The position numbers and the translations under genes were made by a program. The notes beneath the pieces are model-generated. The model was not told where the DNA came from. It made no database searches and worked only from the letters and a program-made list of their open reading frames with translations. This document shows, in pieces, positions 1 to 9,867 of a stretch of 56,332 nt of DNA; positions within the stretch are counted from its first letter, which is position 1, and each line of letters begins with the position of its first letter. Origin of the DNA: Escherichia phage HelliStehle_Bas95; the sequence record PQ850607.1. One strand, written 5' to 3'.

Positions 1-747
1 ATGACACCAGAAACCCGCGCGGGGTTTATCCTGGAGTACATCGAAGGCGACCTGACCGATCAGTTACTGGCGGCTAAGTACGGCCTGGATGATTACCAGT
101 TTAAGACCGCAGTACATATAGGAACCGGGAACATCATTAAGCCGGAACCGCTAACCCGTGGCCTCAAGCGTGGTATGCATAACAGCGTAGCTGTAACTAA
201 ACTCGCCACCGAAACACTTGACGCTGAAGACATGGCACTCAGTCCTCTACAATCGGCTGAGATTATCGAACCTAAGTCCCGTGACCTGGCGCTCTACCTT
301 AATAACGCGGAACTCAGCTTCGCCAACAACGTGCTCAGGGGAATGAACGCCACCGCCGCCGCCGCCGCCAGCTTTGAGATCTTCAATAAACAACTGGCTG
401 ATAAGAAGGCCGCCGAGTTATTGCGGTCATCTCACGTTGCCGACTACCTGGCGAGCATGAAGGGCCGCAGCTTATTCGCGCCAGTAAGGAACAAAGCGTA
501 TCTTGAGGCCGTGCTATGGCAGGTCATCGACCGTGGCTTACAGCTTAAGCAGGAAGTCGACACGCTTACCGGTATGCCAGTCGAGGGTCAATGCAAATAC
601 GATCCGAAGTCGGTCATTGCCGCAAGTGCGCTACTCTCACGCCTCAAAGGCTGGGATAACGTGGAACAAGGACAAGGCGAAGCAGAAACACAGCGCGACC
701 GCTTACGCCGACTGCAAGCAAACTTTAAACAGATTGGGAGTGAGTAA
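1..747 (+). CDS. hypothetical protein; candidate terminase small subunit (by position only)
   Basis: 248-aa ORF starting at window position 1; stop overlaps terL start at 747; SD AAGGA at 56319-56323 if sequence is circular. Confidence 0.5.
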   Translation: MTPETRAGFILEYIEGDLTDQLLAAKYGLDDYQFKTAVHIGTGNIIKPEPLTRGLKRGMHNSVAVTKLATETLDAEDMALSPLQSAEIIEPKSRDLALYLNNAELSFANNVLRGMNATAAAAASFEIFNKQLADKKAAELLRSSHVADYLASMKGRSLFAPVRNKAYLEAVLWQVIDRGLQLKQEVDTLTGMPVEGQCKYDPKSVIAASALLSRLKGWDNVEQGQGEAETQRDRLRRLQANFKQIGSE

Positions 748-2375
748 TGTCTAAACGTGACGTGTGGGAGTTTGAAACAGACGAAGATGTATGGCTACTG
801 GCCGACTATCTGGAACAGAAAGCCAACAGCGTTAACTTTACATTTGAGGATGACTCAGAGGTAGACGCATTCTTCCTTAAATGTAAGAACGAGTTCCAGT
901 TCTTCGCTGAACGGTGCTGTACCATCCGCACGAAGGATAACACCCTGGAGCCGATACGCCTCAACAAGGCTCAGAAGTATATGTGTGCTATTGCGGCATG
1001 GCAGGCCCATCACACCGGTAAAGTACGCCTCATTATTGTTAAGGGACGTCAGCAAGGGATGAGTACGGTTGTTCAGGCTCGTGCATTCTGGAAGACCATC
1101 CACACTGAAGCGTACAACGCGTTGATCATGGCACACCAGGCTAAGTCCTCCGCTGCACTATTCGATATGACCAAGCGTTACTATCAATATTGCCCAGAGG
1201 ACTTGCAGCCTTCCAAAGGTCACGATAACGGCTTCGTACTTAAGTTTGCTGAACTTGACTCACAATATAGCGTGGCCACCGCTGGTAGCTCTGCCGCTGG
1301 TCGTGGTATGACAGCATCTTATTTTCATGCGTCGGAAGCAGCCTACTTTGCAGATGGTGCCGAGATCGCATCAGGTATCATGCAGGCCATCCCTAACGCT
1401 GACGGTACCGAAGTATTCCTTGAGTCGACCGCTAACGGTGCGTCAGGCTACTTCTATAACCAGTGGATGCAGGCATCCCCGCCACGTGACACGTCGTTGA
1501 AGGATGCTGATAGCTCCGGGTTCATTCGCGTATTCGTACCGTGGTTCTGGCAACCTGAGTACGCTGAACCAGCACCTGAGAGCATGGTGTACACTGACGA
1601 GGAGAGTAAATACGCACGTTTACATGGTCTTACCCGTGATCAGATGTTCTGGCGTCGCATGAAGGTGAAGTCGCTTGATGGTGATACCCGTCGATTTAAC
1701 CGCGATTACCCTGCTACGGCTGAAGAAGCATTCCAGTCTACTGGTGACAACTTGCTGATCAGCGGTGATATGATCGCCTCAGCTCTCTACTGGGCACGCT
1801 CCGGTAAGCTGGACCCGGTAGGTGCTACCGTTATGGGCGTAGACGTTGCTGCTATGGGTGACGACCAGACTGCAATAGTCATTCGCCGTGGCCGCGTGGT
1901 GCAACATGCCGAGACGTTAAGTAAGGCCACCAACAGGGAGATTGCCAACCGTATTCACGTGCTGCGTGAGATGTACGGCGTCAACCACACGTTCATCGAT
2001 GGTACTGGTGGCTTTGGTACAGGTGTACATGACGTAATGACCGAGCGCGGAATGTCCCACGGTGTGACGATGGTTCACTTTGCAGAGAAGGCTACCGAAG
2101 ACCACAAGTACAACAACAAGCGCTCGGAGATGTGGGCGAAAATGCGCGACTGGCTACGTAACGCCGCCGCACTCCCGCCCGGTCATGACTGGGGTCGCGA
2201 CTTATGCGGCGCTACCTATCGCTTTGAAGGTGACAGGTTGAGACTGGAACCGAAGGCTGACATCAAGAAGCGTATCGGTCGCTCGCCGGATATCGGGGAT
2301 GCACTGGCGTTAACCTTCGCGTTCCCTGTGGTCGAGGGTGGCTACAACGACTCTTACGAGCCGGAGTACGCTTAA
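747..2375 (+). CDS. terL: terminase large subunit
   Basis: 542 aa; P-loop-like VKGRQQGMST near N-terminus, acidic nuclease-type C-terminal half; sits upstream of portal/scaffold/capsid. Confidence 0.85.
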   Translation: MSKRDVWEFETDEDVWLLADYLEQKANSVNFTFEDDSEVDAFFLKCKNEFQFFAERCCTIRTKDNTLEPIRLNKAQKYMCAIAAWQAHHTGKVRLIIVKGRQQGMSTVVQARAFWKTIHTEAYNALIMAHQAKSSAALFDMTKRYYQYCPEDLQPSKGHDNGFVLKFAELDSQYSVATAGSSAAGRGMTASYFHASEAAYFADGAEIASGIMQAIPNADGTEVFLESTANGASGYFYNQWMQASPPRDTSLKDADSSGFIRVFVPWFWQPEYAEPAPESMVYTDEESKYARLHGLTRDQMFWRRMKVKSLDGDTRRFNRDYPATAEEAFQSTGDNLLISGDMIASALYWARSGKLDPVGATVMGVDVAAMGDDQTAIVIRRGRVVQHAETLSKATNREIANRIHVLREMYGVNHTFIDGTGGFGTGVHDVMTERGMSHGVTMVHFAEKATEDHKYNNKRSEMWAKMRDWLRNAAALPPGHDWGRDLCGATYRFEGDRLRLEPKADIKKRIGRSPDIGDALALTFAFPVVEGGYNDSYEPEYA

Positions 2376-3910
2376 CGCTCCATACGGGCTGTACCAGAGT
2401 TAAACAACTGGCCGCAGCCCGCTTTCTCCCACGCATCACGCTGAGAAGTGTAGTCGCCTATCACCTTGCCCATCTCCTTCAAAGTTGACTCAATGTTAGC
2501 GTGCTGCCACTTCTGGCGACTCATGAAGTACCCGCGATCGCTCCAGATACGGAACGACTCGACCACGCTCACAACCTTGAAACCTATAGCTTCGTAAGCG
2601 CTACCGGTGAAGTAGTCATAGTCGGTGAACGTGTAGGTACAGGGTGTTCCTTTCAGCAGACGCGACAGGCCACCTTGCACTGTACATGACGTTGCATATC
2701 TCACCAGTTCCCCATCGTTGGCTACACCAATTGCAGCAACCAGACCGAGCGTCGGGTGTACCAGACCTTTGCGGATAGCTGCCACTCGCCCACGCTGAAC
2801 GTGGTTGTCTTCCATGAATGACATGTAGTCACTCGATGACAACTCAACAACCTTACACTTACGTGCGCCAACCTTTGGCTCACTCGACTTACCCAGCGCG
2901 TGCGCAATGATGCGTTCAATCTGCGGGCGACGCTCTGACCAATCCGTGGCCGACACAGAGATTAGACGGTAACCCTGAGCGTTGCAGAGTTCACGTTTCA
3001 TCATATGATAACCCTTGCGGTCCTTATGCCAGTACTCACCGTTAAACTCGATGGCAACCTTGCACGACTCGATGACGATGTCGAGTTCATAAGGTGCGAT
3101 GATGGACTTGACGTTGTGGGCAACTGTTACACCAAGTGACTCGATATACTCACGCACTTCAATCTCACCACGTGAAACCTGCGTTGACTGTGCACAATGA
3201 GGGCAACCGCTCTTATTCACGATGACATTGTTGACCCGAGCAACCCATTGCTTCCCGCAGTCACCGCACTCGAATTCGCTGTCACCCTTACTTTCTTTGT
3301 AGGTGAGTAGGGTGAGGTTGGAAGGTAAACGACGCTCAATCTCTTCACGTGGTATTACTCGCGCTTTCCCATTGCGACGTTGCCCACAACCTTTACAATA
3401 ACGCTGCCCTGTCATCACGCCGTGCGCGGATGTTTCACGCTCACACCCGCAATCAGCACAGGTGAACACGCTCTTACCTTCCGCTGTCCCACAGTATCTG
3501 ACAAGCTTCACGCCTTCCGGTAAGCGTGCAATAACATCAGATTCGCTAAGCGCGTTACGTTGAGCGGCGCACACCTTGCATCCGCTCCCTTTGGTTAACA
3601 GGTCTTTACACGTAGTTTCCCACTCGTGACCCTCAGTGCAACGGAAGGTACTGCGTTCACGCCGTGATCCACCGTAGGTGACCAGGGTGATACCTTCGGG
3701 CATTGCTGGTGCAGGTTTAACGAAGCGTTGACCGCGGTTACGCTCGGAGCACGCAGGGCAACCTGATGATCTGAATTGTGCGTTGGTTGTACGTGACCAA
3801 TGGTGGCCGCACTCGACGCAACGGAATTCACACACCTTGTCAAGTTTCAGGAGCACCACACCTTTCTGTAAGCGCGGGATAACGTCGGCGTGAGTTAGTT
3901 TAGCTGGCAT
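2372..3910 (-). CDS. zinc-ribbon repeat protein with PD-(D/E)xK (DUF559/Vsr-like) nuclease motif; putative free-standing homing endonuclease
   Basis: 512 aa; four tandem CxxC...HxW...CxxC ribbons, then ELDIV ... AIEFNGEYWH motif; opposite strand inserted between terL and tail-fibre genes. Confidence 0.65.
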   Translation of the reverse strand: MPAKLTHADVIPRLQKGVVLLKLDKVCEFRCVECGHHWSRTTNAQFRSSGCPACSERNRGQRFVKPAPAMPEGITLVTYGGSRRERSTFRCTEGHEWETTCKDLLTKGSGCKVCAAQRNALSESDVIARLPEGVKLVRYCGTAEGKSVFTCADCGCERETSAHGVMTGQRYCKGCGQRRNGKARVIPREEIERRLPSNLTLLTYKESKGDSEFECGDCGKQWVARVNNVIVNKSGCPHCAQSTQVSRGEIEVREYIESLGVTVAHNVKSIIAPYELDIVIESCKVAIEFNGEYWHKDRKGYHMMKRELCNAQGYRLISVSATDWSERRPQIERIIAHALGKSSEPKVGARKCKVVELSSSDYMSFMEDNHVQRGRVAAIRKGLVHPTLGLVAAIGVANDGELVRYATSCTVQGGLSRLLKGTPCTYTFTDYDYFTGSAYEAIGFKVVSVVESFRIWSDRGYFMSRQKWQHANIESTLKEMGKVIGDYTSQRDAWEKAGCGQLFNSGTARMER

Positions 3911-3974
3911 TGTTTTAGTCTCTCGATGGTGATATCAGACGATTAGCTTACTCTGTTTGTTTAACGCGCGCAAT

Positions 3975-3987
3975 GACTGTTACAGTC
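3975..3987. promoter_or_regulatory. perfect 13-bp palindrome GACTGTTACAGTC upstream of tail-fibre gene (possible operator)
   Basis: read directly; lies in 133-bp intergenic region. Confidence 0.3.
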
Positions 3988-4043
3988 ACGGGTGGTTATA
4001 TGTTAGGCTACCCGGGCATCATTAACTTAAGGAGATCTTAACA

Positions 4044-4784
4044 ATGCCCGGAATTATCTTACATGATGAGGACGTTTATCGTCTGGCTCAGTCAGTAAAC
4101 GTCAAGCAAACAGAAGGTTACGCGCCAATGGGTGGCATCCTTGCCAACAACGGCATGTACTATCAGCCAATGGTTGAAGGTAGCGTTACCGCTCAGTACG
4201 TGGTGGTCCGCGAGCAGGAGTCACAAAACTTTATTGCTCGCTCGGAGACTACCACAGGATCGGCCCTCGGCGACATCCAGTACGTTGACGGCTTTTTCCT
4301 ACAAGCCTTCGGTGAGGAACCGGGCGGCGGGTCAGCTACCGTAGCGTGGGGCGATGTTACAGGTAAGCCGGCAACCTTCCCGCCAACCACGGGCACCACT
4401 GCGGGTACAGCACTCGCTGGTACACAAACGCTTGCAACCATTCCCGGTACCGTAACCATTGCTAAAGGTGGTACTGGGGCAACTACGGCTGACGCGGCGT
4501 GGACTGCACTCGGCGGCGGTGCTGTCGGCAAACTGGCCTCCCTGCCTGCGGCAACTACTGCTGCTGCTGGTGTGGTGCGTAAAGCTGTGGCCGTTACTGA
4601 CGCTACAAGCTCGGCGTCTACGGTACCCGCAGCACTGGCACCTGACGCTGACCTGGCAACTACTGTGACGGCGGTAAACGCTATCATTACCGCACTGACC
4701 GCAGTGCGCAGCAATTCCGGCAGCAGCGTTACGCAACTTAACGCACTGTTAGCGGCACTGAGGACAGCGCTGGTTGTATCGTAA
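4044..4784 (+). CDS. tail fibre-like protein
   Basis: 246 aa; WGDVTGKPATFPP motif typical of phage side tail fibre proteins; Gly/Thr/Ala-rich repeats. Confidence 0.65.
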   Translation: MPGIILHDEDVYRLAQSVNVKQTEGYAPMGGILANNGMYYQPMVEGSVTAQYVVVREQESQNFIARSETTTGSALGDIQYVDGFFLQAFGEEPGGGSATVAWGDVTGKPATFPPTTGTTAGTALAGTQTLATIPGTVTIAKGGTGATTADAAWTALGGGAVGKLASLPAATTAAAGVVRKAVAVTDATSSASTVPAALAPDADLATTVTAVNAIITALTAVRSNSGSSVTQLNALLAALRTALVVS

Positions 4785-4790
4785 TATCAG

Positions 4791-4804
4791 GGGGCTTCGG
4801 CCCC
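4791..4804 (+). other. GC-rich RNA hairpin GGGGC(UUCG)GCCCC directly after fibre gene
   Basis: C(UUCG)G tetraloop stem-loop; same element recurs after the capsid gene. Confidence 0.5.
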
Positions 4805-4826
4805 TTATTCATGGAGAAGTGACACA

Positions 4827-5129
4827 ATGGAATATCAAATCGTCAAAGGTTATTACCACGCACAAAAGTTACCGCAGATTGGTGACGCTGTAGCACGGGC
4901 GCTGGCGGCTGGCTGGGTACCGTGGGGCACTCCTGTAATAACTCATCCCGGTTGTGTCTGGCAACCGATGGTCAAAGATATGACGCGAGTCATCACTAAA
5001 TATCAAATCGTTGAAGGTTTTATCGACGGGGCCAGGTTGCCAACACTCCACATGCCCGAAGGCTGGACGCCACACGGTGACACGGTGCACGTCGGTAACG
5101 GCTATTTGCTGCAAGCCTGCGTACAGTGA
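4827..5129 (+). CDS. hypothetical protein with internal duplication (YQIVKGYY / YQIVEGFI)
   Basis: 100-aa ORF; N-terminal motif shared with next gene. Confidence 0.5.
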   Translation: MEYQIVKGYYHAQKLPQIGDAVARALAAGWVPWGTPVITHPGCVWQPMVKDMTRVITKYQIVEGFIDGARLPTLHMPEGWTPHGDTVHVGNGYLLQACVQ

Positions 5130-5166
5130 TACTATGGCTTGTCAATAACCAAACCGGAGATTTGCA

Positions 5167-6435
5167 ATGGCAATCACAAGTTATAAGGCGGTCGTGGGCT
5201 ACTACAATAGCGCCGGGACGCCCAGCATTACTACGGCTGTTACAGGCCAGTTGTCGGACGGGTGGATCCCTATCGGTGCGCCTATCCTGACCGACGCATA
5301 CGGGCAGTGTACTCAGATGATGGCAAAGACTGACGCTACGCCAGTTATCGCTACGTCAGCTTACACCGTGGTTACGGCAGCCAACCCGCAGCCGCCGGAC
5401 GCTACCTGGGATGCTCAGGGTGAGCCGCTATGGATTGACACGACCACGTATCTCCAGGCGTACACTAAGGGCGGCGCGTATCTGCAAGGTGTAATCAATT
5501 TAGGGTCCAGTCAGGTGACAGGTACGTTACCTGTTGCTAACGGGGGCACAGGTGCTAATGACGCTGCTACAGCACGTGCAAACTTAGGTTTAGGTGCAGT
5601 AGCCACACTCAACACTATTCCTGTTGCTAACGGGGGTACCGGTGCTAATGACGCTGCTACAGCACGTGCAAACTTAGGTTTAGGTTCGACAGCTACCCTA
5701 AATATCATACCTGTTGCTAATGGTGGTACAGGTGCTAGTGATGCTGCTGGTGCAAGGAGCAATCTAGGAGCACTGAGTAATACCCCAGCAAACACAGGTA
5801 CAGGCGGTATTGGTGCGCGAGTCCAGCATGCCTCCGGGGGCGGTCTGTTTAATTTAGACATGTTTAACTGCTACTGGTACATGCAGCCAGAGGATACTAA
5901 CTTCTGGATTGCCCACGGTGTGTCATATGCAGGAGCTGGTGGCGAAGCCTCAAACTACGGTCGTGTAGCTTACGCAATAAAAATCGCAGATGGAACAATA
6001 AAATATGTCCAGTGTCGTACAGACAAAAATACCACTGTCGACGTAAACGGGTTTATCAAAGCTGCATCTCCGGTAGTTAATATTTATGCCAATGGTCGAT
6101 ATGAAACGAATGATGAATCTGAGAAGGTCAGTGTCATTCGGCAGGGTGTTGGTGAATATCTGATTACCGGTTGCCTCGGTTTAAACGCAGACGCACGCTG
6201 GGGAGGTATCGACGGCGGCTTTGAAATTCCTGTTGACCGGAACAAACAACCCAGGGTTTGGCTGGATTATGATGTTAAAGAAGATGGTTCTATTTTAGTT
6301 AAGACCTATCATAGAACCCATTCAACATCCCCAGCTTTTGCTAGAAACGAGTTGGAAGGTTTTTCTGACGGCGACCCGATCGACATTCCCGCCGATGCTT
6401 TCGTATCAGTTCGTGTCGAAATGCCTTCTGAGTAA
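5167..6435 (+). CDS. tail fibre protein with collagen-like repeats
   Basis: 422 aa; three tandem 30-aa repeats PVANGGTGANDAATARANLGLG...; globular C-terminal domain. Confidence 0.75.
   Translation: MAITSYKAVVGYYNSAGTPSITTAVTGQLSDGWIPIGAPILTDAYGQCTQMMAKTDATPVIATSAYTVVTAANPQPPDATWDAQGEPLWIDTTTYLQAYTKGGAYLQGVINLGSSQVTGTLPVANGGTGANDAATARANLGLGAVATLNTIPVANGGTGANDAATARANLGLGSTATLNIIPVANGGTGASDAAGARSNLGALSNTPANTGTGGIGARVQHASGGGLFNLDMFNCYWYMQPEDTNFWIAHGVSYAGAGGEASNYGRVAYAIKIADGTIKYVQCRTDKNTTVDVNGFIKAASPVVNIYANGRYETNDESEKVSVIRQGVGEYLITGCLGLNADARWGGIDGGFEIPVDRNKQPRVWLDYDVKEDGSILVKTYHRTHSTSPAFARNELEGFSDGDPIDIPADAFVSVRVEMPSE
5530..5799 (+). repeat. 3 x 90-bp in-frame tandem repeat (collagen-like fibre repeat)
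   Basis: CCTGTTGCTAACGGGGG unit starts at 5530, 5620, 5710; third copy diverged. Confidence 0.8.
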
Positions 6436-6557
6436 TTTAACAATGCTTCTTGATTCAATGCGCGTAGTGCCGACTATTCGGCTGAACTGTCCGCTCTCAA
6501 ATCTGGCAAGTAATCCCCAGTCCTGCTATGATGCTCTGATTAACGGAGGATGAAATC

Positions 6558-6737
6558 ATGGCAGGACGTCAAGTTACCTACACAACCCGTAGCTTAGGCG
6601 AGATTGTGAATCGCCTTGATCCTAAACGTTTAACGGAACCTGAAGTAGTTTATGTTCTGGATAACGGGAAGACGATTAAGGAGATTCCAACCTTGCCGGG
6701 CCACGATTATCGCTGGACAAAGGACATTGAAGAATGA
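6558..6737 (+). CDS. small hypothetical protein
   Basis: 59-aa ORF filling gap, ATG at 6558; below six-frame track cutoff. Confidence 0.35.
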   Translation: MAGRQVTYTTRSLGEIVNRLDPKRLTEPEVVYVLDNGKTIKEIPTLPGHDYRWTKDIEE

Positions 6738-7102
6738 CAACAATTAACCACGCAGTCGTCGTAACTCGCGGTACCGGAACGGACCAGATTGAAATTGCAA
6801 ACTACGAACTGGCCTCTATCGTCGGTGAATGTCTGCACACGGCATACCCCGGTTATCTGTGGCGTGTAAACGCTGAGATTGAAGGCGGTGTTGTGAATAT
6901 CATCTGTGGCGACGTATCGTATGAGTCAGGTTGCACTATCATGATCGCTGACCTGGCGGAACCTACGGCGGCCAAGCGTCACGTGCTGAAAGCTGGCGGC
7001 GAAATCCTCGAACGCGCTAAGCTGCACCGTGGTCGTATGCGTGAGCATGAACTGGCGGAAGCCAAACGCGATATTCGCGGCAACATCATCGGTCTGAACT
7101 GA
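6734..7102 (+). CDS. hypothetical protein
   Basis: 122-aa ORF immediately upstream of portal. Confidence 0.55.
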   Translation: MTTINHAVVVTRGTGTDQIEIANYELASIVGECLHTAYPGYLWRVNAEIEGGVVNIICGDVSYESGCTIMIADLAEPTAAKRHVLKAGGEILERAKLHRGRMREHELAEAKRDIRGNIIGLN

Positions 7103-7112
7103 GGAAGCAAAG

Positions 7113-9491
7113 ATGGCTAACGCTGAAAAAGGAATCGCAAGTTCCCTCGTTGGTCGCGCACCGGACACCCAGTCGCCTTACGGCGGCGGGGGTTCTCGCG
7201 GGATTACACAGGTGAACGACAGTCCGTACCGCGCTAACGAAACTATTCCTGGCGCGGCACTGGACATCAACCCGACTGACTTCGGTGAGATGGACTCCTT
7301 CTCGCAATTCGAGAAAGAAGGGGATGTGCTCCAGGTTGAAGAACAAACCTATGATGACGCCGCAACCGACATGTCGGGCATGAGCGAAACCGAGTGGGTA
7401 GACCTCGGTCGTCGTTGCTATGACACCGGGCGTACTTTCTATCGTCAGGGCTACCAGACGCAGCACCTGAACAACACTCGCATGTTTAAAGGTCGCCATG
7501 AGTTCGGCAGCAAGTATGACAGCGAAGCGTTCCGCAATCGGTCTAAGGTATTCCGCCCGTTAACCCGCATGGCCTCCCGTAGCTGGGAAGCAGACATTGC
7601 AACGTCACTGTTCCTGAACGATGACTACATGCACATTTCCCCACGCAACGTATCCGACGTGGATGCTGTGAAAGCTGCGGCTGTGCTGAAAGAAATCGTG
7701 AACATGCGACTGGATAAAATCTGGTACCCGATTTGTATCGGTGCAGCGCAGGACACTTTCATCAACGGTCCGGCAATAGCTAAGGTTTTCTGGTGGCATG
7801 AGACGGCCACGACTACGCGTGAAGTTGCGGTAACCGACGAGATGGGTAACATCATCGGTCTGGAGACTGTGAAGGAAGAGAAGGTTGTTCACGACGAACC
7901 TTACATCGACCTGATCCTGCCGGAAAACTTTATCTTCGACCCGACCGCAAAAGCACACGATGTGATCGGTACTGGCAATTATTTCATTCACAGAAAAATG
8001 ATGTCAGTGGATGACGTTATGGTGCGCATGAACTCCGGCGAATGGAACTTGCTGTCACCTGGTGAAATCCTGACGTGCCGCTGGGCGATGGAAGATGACG
8101 CGGTTAAGCAATCCAAACGCGGGGAAGGTAAACCGGACCCGGTGAACAACGACAACGCTGACACCCGTTACGAAGCTGTGATGGTCAACGAAGTCTTCGT
8201 GCGCCGCAACGGTATCTGGTACACCTATCACATGATGGGTACCCAGTTCCTTCTAGAAGAACCCGTCGAGTTGCCGCAGCGCTATCACCACGGTCGTCTG
8301 CCGTTCGCTTACGGTACCGCGATGATTGAATCTCACAACAACGTGCCGGATTCCAAAACCCAGTTGGGTAGCGAATTGCAGCGCGCGGTGAACGAGATCA
8401 GCAACCAGCGTATCGACAACGTGAAGTTGGCCCTGAACAAACGTTACCTCGCGCGTCGTGGCGCAACTATCGACCTGGCCGCTCTGACACGCTCAACTCC
8501 CGGCGGCGTAATCTTCACCAACGACCCGGTAAACGACCTTGTTGCACAGGAAGTCAGCGACGTTACCGCCAGCAGCTACGAAGAAGTCCAGCGCCTTACG
8601 ATGGAAATGAACGAAGCTCAGGGTACTTTCAGCGGCCAGGCTGTGGCTAACAACCGTGAGATGAACGAGACTGTCGGCGGTATGAAGTTGCTCAGCAACG
8701 CAGCGACTAAAGTCAACGACTTCGACATCCGTACCTTCGTGTTCACCTTCGTTCGCCCGGTGCTGGAATTGTTCATGCTGACCATTCAGTATTATGAGAA
8801 TGATCGGACCATCATGGCGATTGCTGCGGATAACTCGGCATACTTCCCGCGCCTCAAGCTGGAAGACCTGACCGACGACCTCATGACCAAGCAGCTTGAG
8901 ATGAAGGTTGACACTGGCATCGGCGCAACTGACCCGGTACAGCGTGTAAACACCCTCATGTACGGCGTGTCAACGGTAATGAACTTACCTGGCATGGCTG
9001 AGAATATGGATGCTAAAGCAGTCAGTAGCGCTATCTTCTCAACGCTGGGTCAGGGCGACGGTGCTAAATTCTTCCCAAATCTGGCGAAGAACTTCCAGGA
9101 GCCGCCTCCGTCTGAGCCGCCAATGGACCCGCTGGTACAGGCTGCACAGGAAGAAGCAGCAGGTCGAGTACAGGAAGCGCAGATCCGCGCAGAACTGGAA
9201 CTCACCAAGCAGCAAAACCAACTGGCCGCCGAGCGTGAAATCAAACTCCTGCAAATGGCGCTTGATTCAGAACTGCAAGGTAAGCAAGGTCAGCTTGATA
9301 TGTTGCTCGCAATGCTGGACAATGAGACTCGGTTACGGATTGCCAACGCGCAGGATAAGACTAAACGTCAGACCACAGCGTTACAGCACGGAAGCTCATT
9401 GCAACAGACGGCGATGCAGCAGGCGGCCACTATTGGCGCTCAGGTAACGCCGACTCAACAGGAAGTAATCAATGAGTCGAGAAACCAGTAA
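7113..9491 (+). CDS. portal protein (inferred)
   Basis: 792 aa; large acidic protein followed by scaffold and major capsid genes; coiled-coil Q/E-rich C-terminus. Confidence 0.65.
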   Translation: MANAEKGIASSLVGRAPDTQSPYGGGGSRGITQVNDSPYRANETIPGAALDINPTDFGEMDSFSQFEKEGDVLQVEEQTYDDAATDMSGMSETEWVDLGRRCYDTGRTFYRQGYQTQHLNNTRMFKGRHEFGSKYDSEAFRNRSKVFRPLTRMASRSWEADIATSLFLNDDYMHISPRNVSDVDAVKAAAVLKEIVNMRLDKIWYPICIGAAQDTFINGPAIAKVFWWHETATTTREVAVTDEMGNIIGLETVKEEKVVHDEPYIDLILPENFIFDPTAKAHDVIGTGNYFIHRKMMSVDDVMVRMNSGEWNLLSPGEILTCRWAMEDDAVKQSKRGEGKPDPVNNDNADTRYEAVMVNEVFVRRNGIWYTYHMMGTQFLLEEPVELPQRYHHGRLPFAYGTAMIESHNNVPDSKTQLGSELQRAVNEISNQRIDNVKLALNKRYLARRGATIDLAALTRSTPGGVIFTNDPVNDLVAQEVSDVTASSYEEVQRLTMEMNEAQGTFSGQAVANNREMNETVGGMKLLSNAATKVNDFDIRTFVFTFVRPVLELFMLTIQYYENDRTIMAIAADNSAYFPRLKLEDLTDDLMTKQLEMKVDTGIGATDPVQRVNTLMYGVSTVMNLPGMAENMDAKAVSSAIFSTLGQGDGAKFFPNLAKNFQEPPPSEPPMDPLVQAAQEEAAGRVQEAQIRAELELTKQQNQLAAEREIKLLQMALDSELQGKQGQLDMLLAMLDNETRLRIANAQDKTKRQTTALQHGSSLQQTAMQQAATIGAQVTPTQQEVINESRNQ

Positions 9492-9864
9492 GAAACGACC
9501 TACGGATGCGCGCGTGAAATACGCGCGTAACATCGATCAGGTGGACATGCGGCAAGGCGATTTAATGACAGATACCTTGCCGACTAATTTTCTTTACAGT
9601 AAGATAGCAGTCGGTGAGCAGGCAGCAGCTTTCTTCACCGAGACGATGCTGGGCGCAGATTTCGATGTGCGCCTTCGCCAGAAATTCCAGGTGGGCTTTG
9701 AGAAATTACTAAAAGCTAACCCTCAGAATCCCGGCGAAATCGCAGAAGCACAGATAGCTTGCTTGACGGTCATCGAAGTTTACAACACGATCGGCAGTCA
9801 GATTGAGGAAAAGGATTCCAGCGAGCAGCAGTTGATAAATGCACAATTGGAAGAAGAGGAATAA
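9472..9864 (+). CDS. hypothetical acidic protein
   Basis: 130-aa ORF overlapping portal stop. Confidence 0.5.
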   Translation: MSRETSKKRPTDARVKYARNIDQVDMRQGDLMTDTLPTNFLYSKIAVGEQAAAFFTETMLGADFDVRLRQKFQVGFEKLLKANPQNPGEIAEAQIACLTVIEVYNTIGSQIEEKDSSEQQLINAQLEEEE

Positions 9865-9867
9865 GTC

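Noticed and set aside
503-4714. Numerous short ORFs from the six-frame track lying inside or antisense to long genes (e.g. 503-754, 855-1136, 1917-2105, 4132-4344, 4193-4714)
   Set aside because: Fully embedded in longer ORFs with recognisable motifs, lack SD sequences, and have compositional bias typical of shadow frames
5530-5799. Possible CRISPR array suggested by regular tandem repeats
   Set aside because: Repeats are in-frame, 90 bp with no unique spacers, and encode a collagen-like fibre motif inside a long ORF
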